A DNA stretch of 32,000 bases from Coprobacillaceae bacterium (GTDB taxonomy: Bacteria > Bacillota_I > Bacilli_A > Erysipelotrichales > Coprobacillaceae), in assembly GCA_963675515.1 (NCBI GenBank), contig OY776328.1:120001-152000 (forward strand). The letters run 5' to 3'. Shown in pieces: positions 1-10,976 of this stretch. A program made the position numbers and the translations under genes. The notes under the pieces were generated by a model. That model made no database searches. It had not been told where the DNA came from and saw only the letters and a program-made list of their open reading frames with translations. Position 1 is the stretch's first letter. Every line of letters starts with the position of its first letter.

Positions 1-631
<631 letters not shown>

Positions 632-668
632 TTATATATCCTCCTTGTTAGTCTTTTCTAACAGAGGT

Positions 669-697
669 ATTATACCATTTATTCGGCACTTTTTCAA
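669..697 (-). promoter_or_regulatory. Sigma-A type promoter for eno: TTGAAA-17 nt-(TG)n-TATAAT
   Basis: On the minus strand the -35 TTGAAA is at 697-692. A 17-nt spacer ends in TGg (extended -10). The -10 TATAAT is at 674-669, about 35 nt upstream of the eno ATG. Confidence 0.6.
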
Positions 698-706
698 TTC
701 ATATGG

Positions 707-1507
707 TCATTTTTCATTAATGCCGGCAAGATCGTACATATGATTCAACGGTCCCCGGCCCAAACCAAGATCAAGATTGGCTTCAATGGCCCCCGTGATA
801 TACTCCTTGGCTTTCAAAACAGCCTCTTTAAGGCTCTTTCCTTGGGCCAGGTTGCATGCTATCGCACTTGAAAGAGTGCATCCGGTACCATGGGTGTTGT
901 CATTGTCAATTCTTCGTGCCTCGAAGGTTTCAATCCCTTCTTGAAAGCAGAGGACATCAGTAGCCTTGCCTTCAAGGTGGCCACCTTTGAGCAGCACCGG
1001 ACAGCCGTATTCCTCGAAAATCTTTCTGGCCGCAATTTTCATGTCGCAAATATCGTTGATCGCCATCCCGGAGATGATCCCAGCCTCATACAGATTGGGC
1101 GTGATTACACTGGCAATGGGAAAAAGTTCCCTGGCAAGGCAAGTGACCGCCCTGTCATTGGAGAGATCGGCACCGCTTGTCGCCACCATGACCGGATCGA
1201 CCACAATGTTTTTCGCCTTGTAAAATACAAGTTTATCCTTGATTGCCTTGATGATCTTCTCATCCGCCACCATTCCGATTTTGATGGCATCGGGCACGAT
1301 GTCCTGGAAGATGCTTTCAAGCTGGGCCGCCACCATCTTCTCGCTGCACTGTTCGATCAGGCTTACACCCATCGTGTTCTGGGCCGTCAATGCGGTAATC
1401 GCCGCCATCCCATACATCCGGTGGGCCGTTATTGTTTTTAGATCAGCCTGTATCCCGGCACCGCCACTGCAATCCGATCCCGCAATCGTCAATACCTTAC
1501 TGAGCAT
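707..1507 (-). CDS. thiD: Hydroxymethylpyrimidine/phosphomethylpyrimidine kinase
   Basis: 266-aa ORF. The N-terminus VLTIAGSDCSGGAGIQADLKT and the C-terminal THGTGCTLSSAI motif are typical of ThiD/PdxK-family kinases. It overlaps the upstream thiM-thiE stop by 11 nt. Confidence 0.9.
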   Translation of the reverse strand: MLSKVLTIAGSDCSGGAGIQADLKTITAHRMYGMAAITALTAQNTMGVSLIEQCSEKMVAAQLESIFQDIVPDAIKIGMVADEKIIKAIKDKLVFYKAKNIVVDPVMVATSGADLSNDRAVTCLARELFPIASVITPNLYEAGIISGMAINDICDMKIAARKIFEEYGCPVLLKGGHLEGKATDVLCFQEGIETFEARRIDNDNTHGTGCTLSSAIACNLAQGKSLKEAVLKAKEYITGAIEANLDLGLGRGPLNHMYDLAGINEK

Positions 1508-2939
1508 TCCGGACCTCCTTGATCTTCTCGATTATCCTCTTGCAGTTTCCCTCGATATCATCGCTTTTGTAGATTCCGCTGATCAGGGCGTATCCATCTA
1601 CGCCTCGATACTTTCCGATATTGTCAAGATTGATTCCGCCGATTACAACAACCGGGATGATCACGTTGTCCATTATCGCATCCAACTCATCCAATGAAAC
1701 CTTGATAGTGTCTTTCTTGGTAGCGGTCGTCTCCATTGCGCCGATCCCAAGATAGGAAGCCCCCTGTTTTTGGGCAATGATCGCTTCTTGGACGTTGTGG
1801 CAGGATACCCCGATGATCTTGTCGTCGCCTATTTTCAAGCGGATGGTGCGACAGTCACCATCATCCTGGCCGATATGGATACCAGATGCCTGGGCCTGTT
1901 CAAACAGTTCCAGACTGTCATTGATAATCAACGGTACCCGATGCGCCTGGCATATTTCCTTCAAAGAGCGCGCCTCCTGCAATTTCTGTTGCAAGTCAGC
2001 TTCCTTCTGGCGATACTGGAGGATTCTCACGCCCCCTTTAAGCGAACTGGCGCTGTCCTGGAACAGGTCATTCATAATGCCAGGGTCGGTTATGCCATAA
2101 AGGCTCAAATCAAGATGGCGGTATTTCAAATAGCTGGACTTGCTGGCGATCACCTCATCCTTGATGGTGGCAATGCCATCAATAAGATGGTTTCGCATCG
2201 AGCTGTAACCCTCACCATTTTGGGCCATCTTCTCATAGGCGGCTTCCCCGGCCAGTCCCATCAGGATGAACGTGGCGACTGTAGACTTCAGGTGGTCTTC
2301 ATTGGCGCTCACAAACGCACCGACCAGGGCGGAAAGCATGCATCCCGTTCCCGTTATCCTGCCCATTGCCGGGTTGCCGTTATAGACAAGATAGGCATCT
2401 TCCTGGTCGCATATCAGATCAACGGCCCCGGAGATGGCAATGACACATGAATGGCGCCTGGCAAGTAGCTGCATCTTTTCGATAGAACCTTTCAGGTTTT
2501 TCTGGCTCAGGGTGTCTGCTTCGAAAGCGTCCACGCCCCGGGTGGTTTTGGAAAAATCGTATATGACCTTGAGCTCCGACATGTTGCCCCGGATCACCGC
2601 GAAGTCAATCTCGTCTAGAAGCATCCTTACAGCCTCTTTTCGATAGCCCGAAGCTCCGACTCCAACTGGATCCAGGATTACAGGTATCTTGTTCAGGTTG
2701 GCCCGTTTCCCGGCCGCAATCATCGCTTGCACCTTGGATTGGTTCAGTGTGCCGATATTGATGACCAAGGCATCTGCCAAATCAACGATTTCCTCCACTT
2801 CCCTTATTTCATCGGCCATGATCGGACTAGCTCCAGATCCAAGAAGGATATTGGCGCAGTCGTTGACCGTGACATAATTCGTGATGCAATGGACAACCGG
2901 CTTTTTTTCATTCACTTTGCTGCGATATTCACTCCACAT
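1497..2939 (-). CDS. thiM-thiE: Bifunctional hydroxyethylthiazole kinase (ThiM, N-terminal ~265 aa) / thiamine-phosphate synthase (ThiE, C-terminal ~210 aa) fusion
   Basis: Single uninterrupted 480-aa ORF. The N-terminal part (VHCITNYVTVNDCANILLGSGASPIMAD, ITGTGCMLSALVGAF) is ThiM-like. The C-terminal part (LYGITDP..., ILQYRQK, PLIINDSLEL, GIHIGQDD, IIGVSCHN, YLGIGAM) is ThiE-like. SD AGGAG lies 7 nt before the ATG. Confidence 0.88.
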   Translation of the reverse strand: MWSEYRSKVNEKKPVVHCITNYVTVNDCANILLGSGASPIMADEIREVEEIVDLADALVINIGTLNQSKVQAMIAAGKRANLNKIPVILDPVGVGASGYRKEAVRMLLDEIDFAVIRGNMSELKVIYDFSKTTRGVDAFEADTLSQKNLKGSIEKMQLLARRHSCVIAISGAVDLICDQEDAYLVYNGNPAMGRITGTGCMLSALVGAFVSANEDHLKSTVATFILMGLAGEAAYEKMAQNGEGYSSMRNHLIDGIATIKDEVIASKSSYLKYRHLDLSLYGITDPGIMNDLFQDSASSLKGGVRILQYRQKEADLQQKLQEARSLKEICQAHRVPLIINDSLELFEQAQASGIHIGQDDGDCRTIRLKIGDDKIIGVSCHNVQEAIIAQKQGASYLGIGAMETTATKKDTIKVSLDELDAIMDNVIIPVVVIGGINLDNIGKYRGVDGYALISGIYKSDDIEGNCKRIIEKIKEVRNAQ

Positions 2940-2981
2940 ACTATACTCCTTTCTGTTTTCAACTTCTTCAAAAAATGGTAT

Positions 2982-3019
2982 AAAAAAACGGAATAGTTTT
3001 CCTGTCCGGCTACTCCGTC
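2982..3019 (-). terminator. Intrinsic terminator forming the expression platform of the TPP riboswitch
   Basis: The minus-strand sequence is ACGGAGTAG-ccggacaggaaaa-CTATTCCGT followed by TTTTTTTA. It lies between the aptamer and the thiM-thiE SD. Confidence 0.6.
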
Positions 3020-3022
3020 AAT

Positions 3023-3107
3023 GAGCTTGTAACTTCCTCCGTTGGCATTATCCAAATCAGGTTAAGGGTCGAAGTTGATAACTCCCTCTCAGCCTGCATA
3101 CAAGCTC
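3023..3107 (-). promoter_or_regulatory. TPP (THI-box) riboswitch aptamer
   Basis: The minus strand reads GAGCTTGTAtgcaggCTGAGAgggag...gACCCttAACCTGATttGGATAATGCCAACggaGGAAgtTACAAGCTC. The conserved CUGAGA and ACCUGAU...GGAUAAUGCCA(A/G)C elements are present, closed by a 9-bp P1 (GAGCTTGTA/TACAAGCTC). It sits directly upstream of thiamine salvage genes. Confidence 0.9.
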
Positions 3108-3133
3108 CCCTGTCAATATTCAGTTTCTAACAA

Positions 3134-3162
3134 ATCATATTCCGGCACTTGATATTTGTCAA
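3134..3162 (-). promoter_or_regulatory. Sigma-A type promoter of the thi operon: TTGACA-17 nt-TATGAT
   Basis: On the minus strand the -35 TTGACA is at 3162-3157 and the -10 TATGAT at 3139-3134. It lies just upstream of the riboswitch and only about 8 nt downstream of the cadA-like stop codon. Confidence 0.6.
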
Positions 3163-3169
3163 GCTTATC

Positions 3170-5251
3170 TTATTTCATGGCCCGCAGCGAATTGAATATC
3201 GCCAGCAAGGTCACACCCACATCGCCAAATACCCCAAACCACATATTGGCGACACCAATGGTTGCCATTACAATGATTGCGACTTTCACCAGGATGGAAA
3301 AATAGATGTTCTGCCTGAGAATCCTGTTTGTCTTCTTGGCCACTTCAATCAGGTCGGCGATTGTAAGCAAATCATCGTGGATCAAAATCACATCAGCCGC
3401 CTGTTTGGCCAGGTCGCTGCCTTTGGATCCCATCGCAATTCCGATGTCGCTTCGCATCAGCACCGGCCCATCATTGATTCCGTCGCCCACGAAGGCAACG
3501 GCACCATCATATCCAAGCAATGCTTCGATATGCTCCACCTTGTTTTCAGGCATAAGGTTGCCATAAACCTTGTCGATGCCAATGCTTGAGGCGATCTTTT
3601 CTGCCGCTTTTTGGTTGTCTCCTGTAAGCATGACAGTTTCGATGCCCAGCTCATGGAATCTTGATATCGCTTCAGGTGTGCTTTCCTTGATCGTGTCGCC
3701 GATCACGATAGCCCCCTGATATGCGCCATCCAAAGCCACATATACAACTGTATCAACGGAATCAATCACCTCGGCTTCTATCATTTCTTTCTTAAGGAAA
3801 CTGTAGTTGCCCAGGATCAATGTTTGGCCCTGGTAGTCGCAGACAATTCCCTTGCCCGCATGTTCCTGAAAGCCCGAAATCCGGCTCTGATCGAGGGGCA
3901 GTCCGTATTCCCTGACTATGCTTTGGGCAACCGGATGATTGCTGAGGCTCTCGCCATAGGCCGCGAGTTCCAAAACATCGCCGTGGATTTCCTTTACCCT
4001 GAATTCCCCTCTGGTTATGGTTCCGGTCTTGTCGAAAACAATGGTTTTTATATTCGCAGCCCTCTCCAGATAGTTGCTTCCTTTCACCAGGGCTCCGATC
4101 TGGCCGGCTTTTCCGATTCCCGCATAAAGCGTCAGAGGGACACTTACCGCAATCGCGCAAGGACATGAAACGACAAGGAACACCAATGCCCGGTAAATCC
4201 ATGTTTCAAATCCCCCTGGCAGGACAAGCGGAAAGAGCAAGGCCACAACCAGTGCCAGGATAAGCACTGCAGGTGTATATCTGCGCGAGAACCTGGTAAC
4301 GAAATGTTCGATCCTGGCCTTTCGTGTCGCGCTTTGTTCAAGCAGTTCGATTATCTTGGCAACCGTCGAATCCTCATAAAGCGCGGTTGTCTCCAACTCG
4401 ATCACGCTCGTGAGATTGACCGTGCCCGAAAGCACCTTGTCGCCAGGAACGATGTCGACTGGGAGCGATTCCCCGGTAAGATTGGCGGCATTGATGGCGC
4501 TGTTTCCTTTTACCACAATTCCATCAATGGGAATCTTCTGGCCGACTTTTACCATAACTGTCGAACCTTTGGCTACGGTTTCGACATCCTGCACAAAGAA
4601 GTCGTTCCCATTTTTCACCAATGCCTGTTCCGCTTTAAGATTCATCAATTTGGAAATCGAATCCCGGGACTTGTCAATCGCATAGTCCTGGAAGAGCTCG
4701 CCGATCCCGTAGAAAAGCATCACTCCGACCGCTTCGTTGTATTCCCCGATGGCAATGGCTCCCAGCGTTGCCACGGTCATCAGAAAATTCTCTTCGAAAA
4801 AATCTCTGTTCAGAATGTTTTTAACCGCGGTTTTAACCACATTGAAGCCGATTATTGCATAGGCGATCAGTATAAGTGCCTCCAAGTTGAACACCAGACC
4901 CGCAAGATACAAAGGCATCCCGACAATCAGGTTCCAATTCTTCCTAAGACTGAATAGCTTCTGTTTTTCCTTCTTTTTGGGGTAGCTTACAAGAACTCCA
5001 TCTTCAATCCCGTCAACGACATCCTGGATTGTTCGCAACAGTTCATTGCGTTCCAGATCGCTTTTTGCGATGATCTTTCTGGCAGTGAAATTCAAGACCG
5101 CTTCCTCGATCCCCGGGGTCCGGTTAAGCTTGGCTTCAATCTTCATAGCGCAATTGGCGCAGTTGAGCCCTTCAACGTCGAACTTGATCCCATCAAGATG
5201 GGGCGTTTCATGGCCTGTTTTTATATCGCATTGTTTATCCATAGTTTCCAC
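3170..5251 (-). CDS. cadA: Heavy-metal (Zn2+/Cd2+-type, P1B-2) translocating P-type ATPase
   Basis: 693 aa. It has an N-terminal HMA domain (GLNCANCAMKIE), the phosphorylation site DKTGTIT, SNHPVA, and GDGINDGP. The transmembrane signature CPCAIAVSVP (CPCx4SxP), NIYFSILVK (Nx7K) and GDVG (DxG) matches the P1B-2 subgroup. Confidence 0.92.
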   Translation of the reverse strand: METMDKQCDIKTGHETPHLDGIKFDVEGLNCANCAMKIEAKLNRTPGIEEAVLNFTARKIIAKSDLERNELLRTIQDVVDGIEDGVLVSYPKKKEKQKLFSLRKNWNLIVGMPLYLAGLVFNLEALILIAYAIIGFNVVKTAVKNILNRDFFEENFLMTVATLGAIAIGEYNEAVGVMLFYGIGELFQDYAIDKSRDSISKLMNLKAEQALVKNGNDFFVQDVETVAKGSTVMVKVGQKIPIDGIVVKGNSAINAANLTGESLPVDIVPGDKVLSGTVNLTSVIELETTALYEDSTVAKIIELLEQSATRKARIEHFVTRFSRRYTPAVLILALVVALLFPLVLPGGFETWIYRALVFLVVSCPCAIAVSVPLTLYAGIGKAGQIGALVKGSNYLERAANIKTIVFDKTGTITRGEFRVKEIHGDVLELAAYGESLSNHPVAQSIVREYGLPLDQSRISGFQEHAGKGIVCDYQGQTLILGNYSFLKKEMIEAEVIDSVDTVVYVALDGAYQGAIVIGDTIKESTPEAISRFHELGIETVMLTGDNQKAAEKIASSIGIDKVYGNLMPENKVEHIEALLGYDGAVAFVGDGINDGPVLMRSDIGIAMGSKGSDLAKQAADVILIHDDLLTIADLIEVAKKTNRILRQNIYFSILVKVAIIVMATIGVANMWFGVFGDVGVTLLAIFNSLRAMK

Positions 5252-5542
5252 CTACCCGTGCACAATATGCTCTAACCCTTTCTCGAATATCGCCTTGACA
5301 TGATCGTCATCCAAGGAATAGTATATCGCCTTGCCGTCCCGGCGGCCCCGGACCAGCTTGGCGGTCTTCAAGATCCGCAACTGATGGGATACGGCGGACT
5401 GGCTCATATTCAAATCGTCAACCAGGGTTGAAACGTTTTTTTCACCATCGATCAGACTGTAGATTATTTTTATCCTGGTCGAATCGCCGAACACTTTAAA
5501 CAATTCGGCCAAGTCAAGCAGTTCATTTTCTATTTTTTCCAT
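5252..5542 (-). CDS. ArsR/SmtB-family metalloregulator, CzrA-like (alpha-5 site DxHx10HxxH)
   Basis: It has the wHTH motifs ELFKVFGDSTRIKIIYSL and SQSAVSHQLRILK. The C-terminus DDHVKAIFEKGLEHIVH fits DxH-x10-H-xx-H. I prefer the start at MEKIE (ATG 5542) because GGAGGT sits 6 nt upstream. The track start at 5572 would lie inside the operator/promoter. Its stop abuts the ATPase start. Confidence 0.85.
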   Translation of the reverse strand: MEKIENELLDLAELFKVFGDSTRIKIIYSLIDGEKNVSTLVDDLNMSQSAVSHQLRILKTAKLVRGRRDGKAIYYSLDDDHVKAIFEKGLEHIVHG

Positions 5543-5556
5543 CGCAACCTCCATAT

Positions 5557-5580
5557 ATGAACATTTATTCATATGTTCAT
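5557..5580. promoter_or_regulatory. Inverted repeat ATGAACAT-N8-ATGTTCAT; probable ArsR/SmtB operator
   Basis: Perfect 8-bp arms at 5557-5564 and 5573-5580, with core TGAACA...TGTTCA. It lies immediately downstream of and overlapping the -10 of the metal operon promoter. It resembles the TGAA-rich 12-2-12 type operators of this family. Confidence 0.55.
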
Positions 5581-5607
5581 TATATTGACTATCACATCAT
5601 TTGTCAA
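5579..5607 (-). promoter_or_regulatory. Consensus sigma-A promoter of the repressor-ATPase operon: TTGACA-17 nt-TATAAT
   Basis: On the minus strand the -35 TTGACA is at 5607-5602 and the -10 TATAAT at 5584-5579. Both hexamers match consensus perfectly and the spacer is 17 nt. Confidence 0.7.
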
Positions 5608-5657
5608 TAGCGATAATATTTTTTTATCGGTATATTCGGATATTTTCCATATTTTAT

Positions 5658-5686
5658 TTGACAAAGTGTGTTTCATACGATAATAT
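5658..5686 (+). promoter_or_regulatory. Sigma-A promoter of the lysS leader: TTGACA-17 nt-TAATAT
   Basis: TTGACA at 5658-5663, a 17-nt spacer, and TAATAT at 5681-5686. It is divergent from the metal operon promoter. Confidence 0.7.
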
Positions 5687-5702
5687 ACTTACGATAAAAA
5701 AC

Positions 5703-7449
<1,747 letters not shown>

Positions 7450-7465
7450 AGTATTATCTTTTAGA

Positions 7466-7504
7466 CAAAGCACAGTCAGTTTACCTATGGCTGTGCTTTG
7501 TTGT
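7466..7504 (+). terminator. Intrinsic terminator after lysS
   Basis: CAAAGCACAG-15 nt loop-CTGTGCTTTG followed by TTGT. The stem is 10 bp and the U-tract is modest. Confidence 0.55.
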
Positions 7505-7649
7505 ACAAGCGATGCCAATTCAGCCATATTCTCCATGACCACAAAACACCGAACTGTTACGAATAATTCAAATATTTTCATCTTGTTCATCTTCTATTCA
7601 AATTCACCATATTTAATGATAATGATTACTTAAAGGAAGGGGAGTTGCA

Positions 7650-10600
7650 ATGCTGCAGATTAAAAACATCCATAAAGAATATAAGACCAGAGCCTTGGTT
7701 CAAAAGGCGCTTGATGGGGTTTCCCTGAACTTGCGTGACAATGAGTTTGTCGCCATTTTGGGACCGAGCGGTTCTGGCAAAACCACATTGCTCAACATCA
7801 TTGGCGGACTTGACCGCTATGACAGGGGCGATTTGATCATCAATGGGATTTCCACAAAAAAATATAAAGACCGGGACTGGGATTCTTATCGCAACCACAC
7901 AATCGGCTTTGTTTTCCAAAGTTACAACCTGATTCCCCATCAGACCATCCTGGCCAATGTCGAACTGGCCCTGACAATATCCGGGATATCAAAAAGTGAA
8001 AGAAGGCAGCGGGCCACAAAGGCTCTCGAGCAGGTTGGCTTAGGCAATCAGGGGCACAAGAAACCCAACCAGATGTCCGGCGGTCAGATGCAACGGGTGG
8101 CCATCGCCCGGGCTCTTGTCAACGATCCCGACATCCTTCTGGCAGATGAGCCAACCGGAGCCTTGGATAGCGAGACCAGTGTCCAGGTCATGGAATTGCT
8201 CAAAGCCGTAGCCAAGGACCGGCTGGTCGTAATGGTAACCCACAATCCCGAACTTGCCCAGACATATGCCAACAGGATCGTGAATCTGCGCGATGGTGTG
8301 ATCATTTCGGACACCAACAGCTTCCCGGTGGGCGATGGCGAATTGGAAATACCTCGCCACGAAAACATGGGCAAATCCGCAATGTCGTTCATGACATCTC
8401 TGGTTTTGAGCTTCAACAATCTCAAGACCAAAAAGGCCCGCACCCTTTTGACATCATTTGCCGGTTCGATTGGAATCATCGGTATAGCCATGATTCTCTC
8501 GCTTTCCAACGGGGTCAATCGCTACATCAAGACGATTGAGGAAGACACCCTGTCCCAATATCCACTGGAAATCCAAAGCACCGGCTTCGATCTTTCTTCG
8601 ATAATGAACGCATCCCAAAACACTGGAACTGAGGATGGCGATCAAACTGCGCAGATTGGTGTTACCAAGATGCTCACAAACATGTTTTCACGGATAGGAT
8701 CCAATGACCTGGCCTTGCTCAAGGAATTTTTCGAGGGTGGCGGGAACGGCATCTATGACTTTGTCAACTCGATCGATTACAATTATGACATCACTCCCCA
8801 GATCTACAGCAGCGATACCTCGTCGGTCCGCCAGGTAAATCCGGATCAGTCATTTTCCGCCATGGGAATGGGATCAGGTGCCAGCTCAGGAGGTTTTCTT
8901 TCATCGATGTTCTCCAACGATTCATTCTTCCAGCTGCCAGGCAATGAAGATCTCTACGTTGACCAGTACGATATCAAGGCTGGAAAATGGCCTGAAAACT
9001 ACAGCGAATGCGTCCTGGTCCTCAATGAAGATGGAAACATCTCCGACTTTGTCATGTACACCCTTGGTTTGCGTGATGCCAGCGAACTTGACACGATGAT
9101 CAGTCAGTACCTGAATGAAGAAAATGTCATTGTCCCTGATCAAAGCGAATCGTTTGGCTACGAGAATATTCTAAACACCGAATTCAAGCTGGTCAATGCG
9201 ACTGACTACTACCAATATGACCAGGATTATGGCATTTACACCGACAAGACCGATGATGAAGGTTATATGAAAAACCTGGTTGAAAACGGGGAAACGCTCG
9301 AGATAGTTGGAATAGTCGCACCGGTTGCCGGGTCAACGGCTACGATGCTCCAGAGCGGTATCGGATATCAGCCATCCCTGACAAATCATGTCATTGAAGC
9401 AGCCGCTTCAAGCGATATTGTCATGGCCCAGCTGGAAAATCCGGATATCGATGTTTTTACCGGCAAGGGTTTCAACAGCGAACAGGAGAACCCGTTGGAT
9501 ATTACCAAACTGTTTTCCATCGATCCGACCGCTGTCCAAAACGCATTTTCATTCGATCAGAGCAAGGTCGCCTTTAGCGCTGATGATTTCGACTTCTCGC
9601 AAATCCAGATCGATCCGGCGGCTATCCCTGCCATTGATTTTGAGGAAATATTTTCCGGCATTGAAATCAGCCCTGATCCTGACCAGTGGACCGAGCTTAG
9701 CTCAAAGCTAACTGACCAGTTCCAACAGTACATGGTTGACAATGAAATGGATGATCCTGAATCCATCAACGATTATTTTATAACTTACATCCAGAGCGAA
9801 GATGCCCAAAGCATGATTCAAGAAGAGATTGCTCAATTTATGGCAACAAGCTCTTTGACTGAGGAGTTCCAGACCGGTCTGGAAAACCAGATGGCAACCA
9901 TCATGGCTGAATACTCGCAGACGATTGCTTCATCATTGCAACAACAAATTGGCGCGATGATGGAAACTCAGATGGGCGACCTTGCCGCCAATATCCAGGA
10001 TGCGATTTCCATCGACACGGACATGTTTTCCAAGGCGATCACCATGAACATGTCCGAAGATGACTTGGCCGTGCTGATGACTTCCCTGATGGGAACCACC
10101 ACCACATCTTACAACGGCAACCTTAGCAGCCTGGGATACGCCGATCTGGATCAGCCTGATTCCATCAGCATCTATCCCCGTGATTTCCAAAGCAAACAGA
10201 CCGTAATAGGCATTCTCGATGATTACAATGCCGCCATGGAAGTAAGCGATGTTTCCAAAGTCATTACCTATACCGACTATGTCGGTACCCTGATGTCTTC
10301 GGTGACCGACATCATCAACGTTATTTCCTACGTCCTGATTGCCTTTGTCGCGATTTCCCTGGTAGTATCATCAATCATGATCGGGGTCATCACCTACATC
10401 AGCGTCCTTGAACGCAAGAAGGAAATCGGAATCCTGCGGGCGATTGGGGCATCAAAACGCAACATCTCCCAGGTGTTCAATGCCGAGACTTTCATCATCG
10501 GCTTGCTCGCGGGACTGCTGGGAATCTTCATCACTTTGATCCTGCTGATCCCAAGCAACATGGTGATTGATCATTTTGCCGGGGATGTCGAGGTAAGTGC

Positions 10601-10727
10601 CGCTCTACCGGTCGCCGGAGCGATTATCCTGATCGGACTGAGTGTGATATTGACAATTATCGGAGGTCTGATACCAGCCAAGAAAGCCGCCCAGGCAGAT
10701 CCGGTGACCGCACTGCGGACTGATTAG
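7650..10727 (+). CDS. Fused ABC transporter: MacB/LolD-type ATPase + FtsX-type permease with a very large extracytoplasmic domain
   Basis: 1025 aa. It has Walker A GPSGSGKTT, the signature MSGGQMQR and Walker B ILLADEPT. TM1 is around aa 262-285. A roughly 600-aa acidic D/E/Q/S-rich segment follows, then the FtsX C-terminal three-TM module (ERKKEIGILRAIGASKRNI...). SD GGAAGGGGAG precedes the ATG. Confidence 0.88.
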   Translation: MLQIKNIHKEYKTRALVQKALDGVSLNLRDNEFVAILGPSGSGKTTLLNIIGGLDRYDRGDLIINGISTKKYKDRDWDSYRNHTIGFVFQSYNLIPHQTILANVELALTISGISKSERRQRATKALEQVGLGNQGHKKPNQMSGGQMQRVAIARALVNDPDILLADEPTGALDSETSVQVMELLKAVAKDRLVVMVTHNPELAQTYANRIVNLRDGVIISDTNSFPVGDGELEIPRHENMGKSAMSFMTSLVLSFNNLKTKKARTLLTSFAGSIGIIGIAMILSLSNGVNRYIKTIEEDTLSQYPLEIQSTGFDLSSIMNASQNTGTEDGDQTAQIGVTKMLTNMFSRIGSNDLALLKEFFEGGGNGIYDFVNSIDYNYDITPQIYSSDTSSVRQVNPDQSFSAMGMGSGASSGGFLSSMFSNDSFFQLPGNEDLYVDQYDIKAGKWPENYSECVLVLNEDGNISDFVMYTLGLRDASELDTMISQYLNEENVIVPDQSESFGYENILNTEFKLVNATDYYQYDQDYGIYTDKTDDEGYMKNLVENGETLEIVGIVAPVAGSTATMLQSGIGYQPSLTNHVIEAAASSDIVMAQLENPDIDVFTGKGFNSEQENPLDITKLFSIDPTAVQNAFSFDQSKVAFSADDFDFSQIQIDPAAIPAIDFEEIFSGIEISPDPDQWTELSSKLTDQFQQYMVDNEMDDPESINDYFITYIQSEDAQSMIQEEIAQFMATSSLTEEFQTGLENQMATIMAEYSQTIASSLQQQIGAMMETQMGDLAANIQDAISIDTDMFSKAITMNMSEDDLAVLMTSLMGTTTTSYNGNLSSLGYADLDQPDSISIYPRDFQSKQTVIGILDDYNAAMEVSDVSKVITYTDYVGTLMSSVTDIINVISYVLIAFVAISLVVSSIMIGVITYISVLERKKEIGILRAIGASKRNISQVFNAETFIIGLLAGLLGIFITLILLIPSNMVIDHFAGDVEVSAALPVAGAIILIGLSVILTIIGGLIPAKKAAQADPVTALRTD

Positions 10728-10770
10728 TCGGGCCACTCACTCCAAAAGGACAAAAGTTCTGAATCTATGT

Positions 10771-10814
10771 AAAAGATCCCTCTCACAATTTATGATTGGG
10801 GATCTTTTTTTTTT
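10771..10814 (+). terminator. Intrinsic terminator after the ABC transporter gene
   Basis: AAAAGATCCC-18 nt loop-GGGATCTTTT followed by a long T-run through 10814. Confidence 0.8.
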
Positions 10815-10976
10815 CATTTCCGTAGCCTAATCCAATAATCAGTCAATTATGACCGATGGTTTTTCCTATTTCTTTTGATTCATTGGTGCCGTTTGATGAT
10901 ATAATATAAGAAATAAATGTGAATGATACACTGATTGAAAAGGAGGAAAATCATCATTTTGATGAGCTAGATTAAT

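Noticed and set aside
890-1441. Track ORFs antisense to or overlapping thiD and thiM-thiE (890..1441+, 966..1223+, 1105..1320-, 1239..1697+, 1770..2450+, 1777..2100+, 2434..2646+, 2689..2877+, 2727..2996+)
   Set aside because: They lie fully inside well-supported genes on the other strand or in another frame. Their proteins are low-complexity with no recognisable motifs and they lack SD sequences. These are typical shadow ORFs.
3149-4957. ORFs overlapping the P-type ATPase gene (3149..3589+, 3306..3566+, 3457..3654-, 3792..4202-, 3824..4168+, 4144..4341-, 4304..4957+, 4410..4685+, 5046..5303+)
   Set aside because: These are antisense or alternate-frame shadows of a 693-aa gene whose own frame carries every P1B-ATPase motif.
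10941-10976. Strong SD (AAGGAGG, 10941-10947) 30 nt upstream of the Gfo/Idh/MocA start, followed only by a 2-3 codon mini-ORF (TTG-ATG-AGC-TAG)
   Set aside because: An in-frame TAG at 10968-10970 fixes the oxidoreductase start at 10977. The mini-ORF is too short to evaluate. It might be a coupling uORF, but the sequence alone gives no support.
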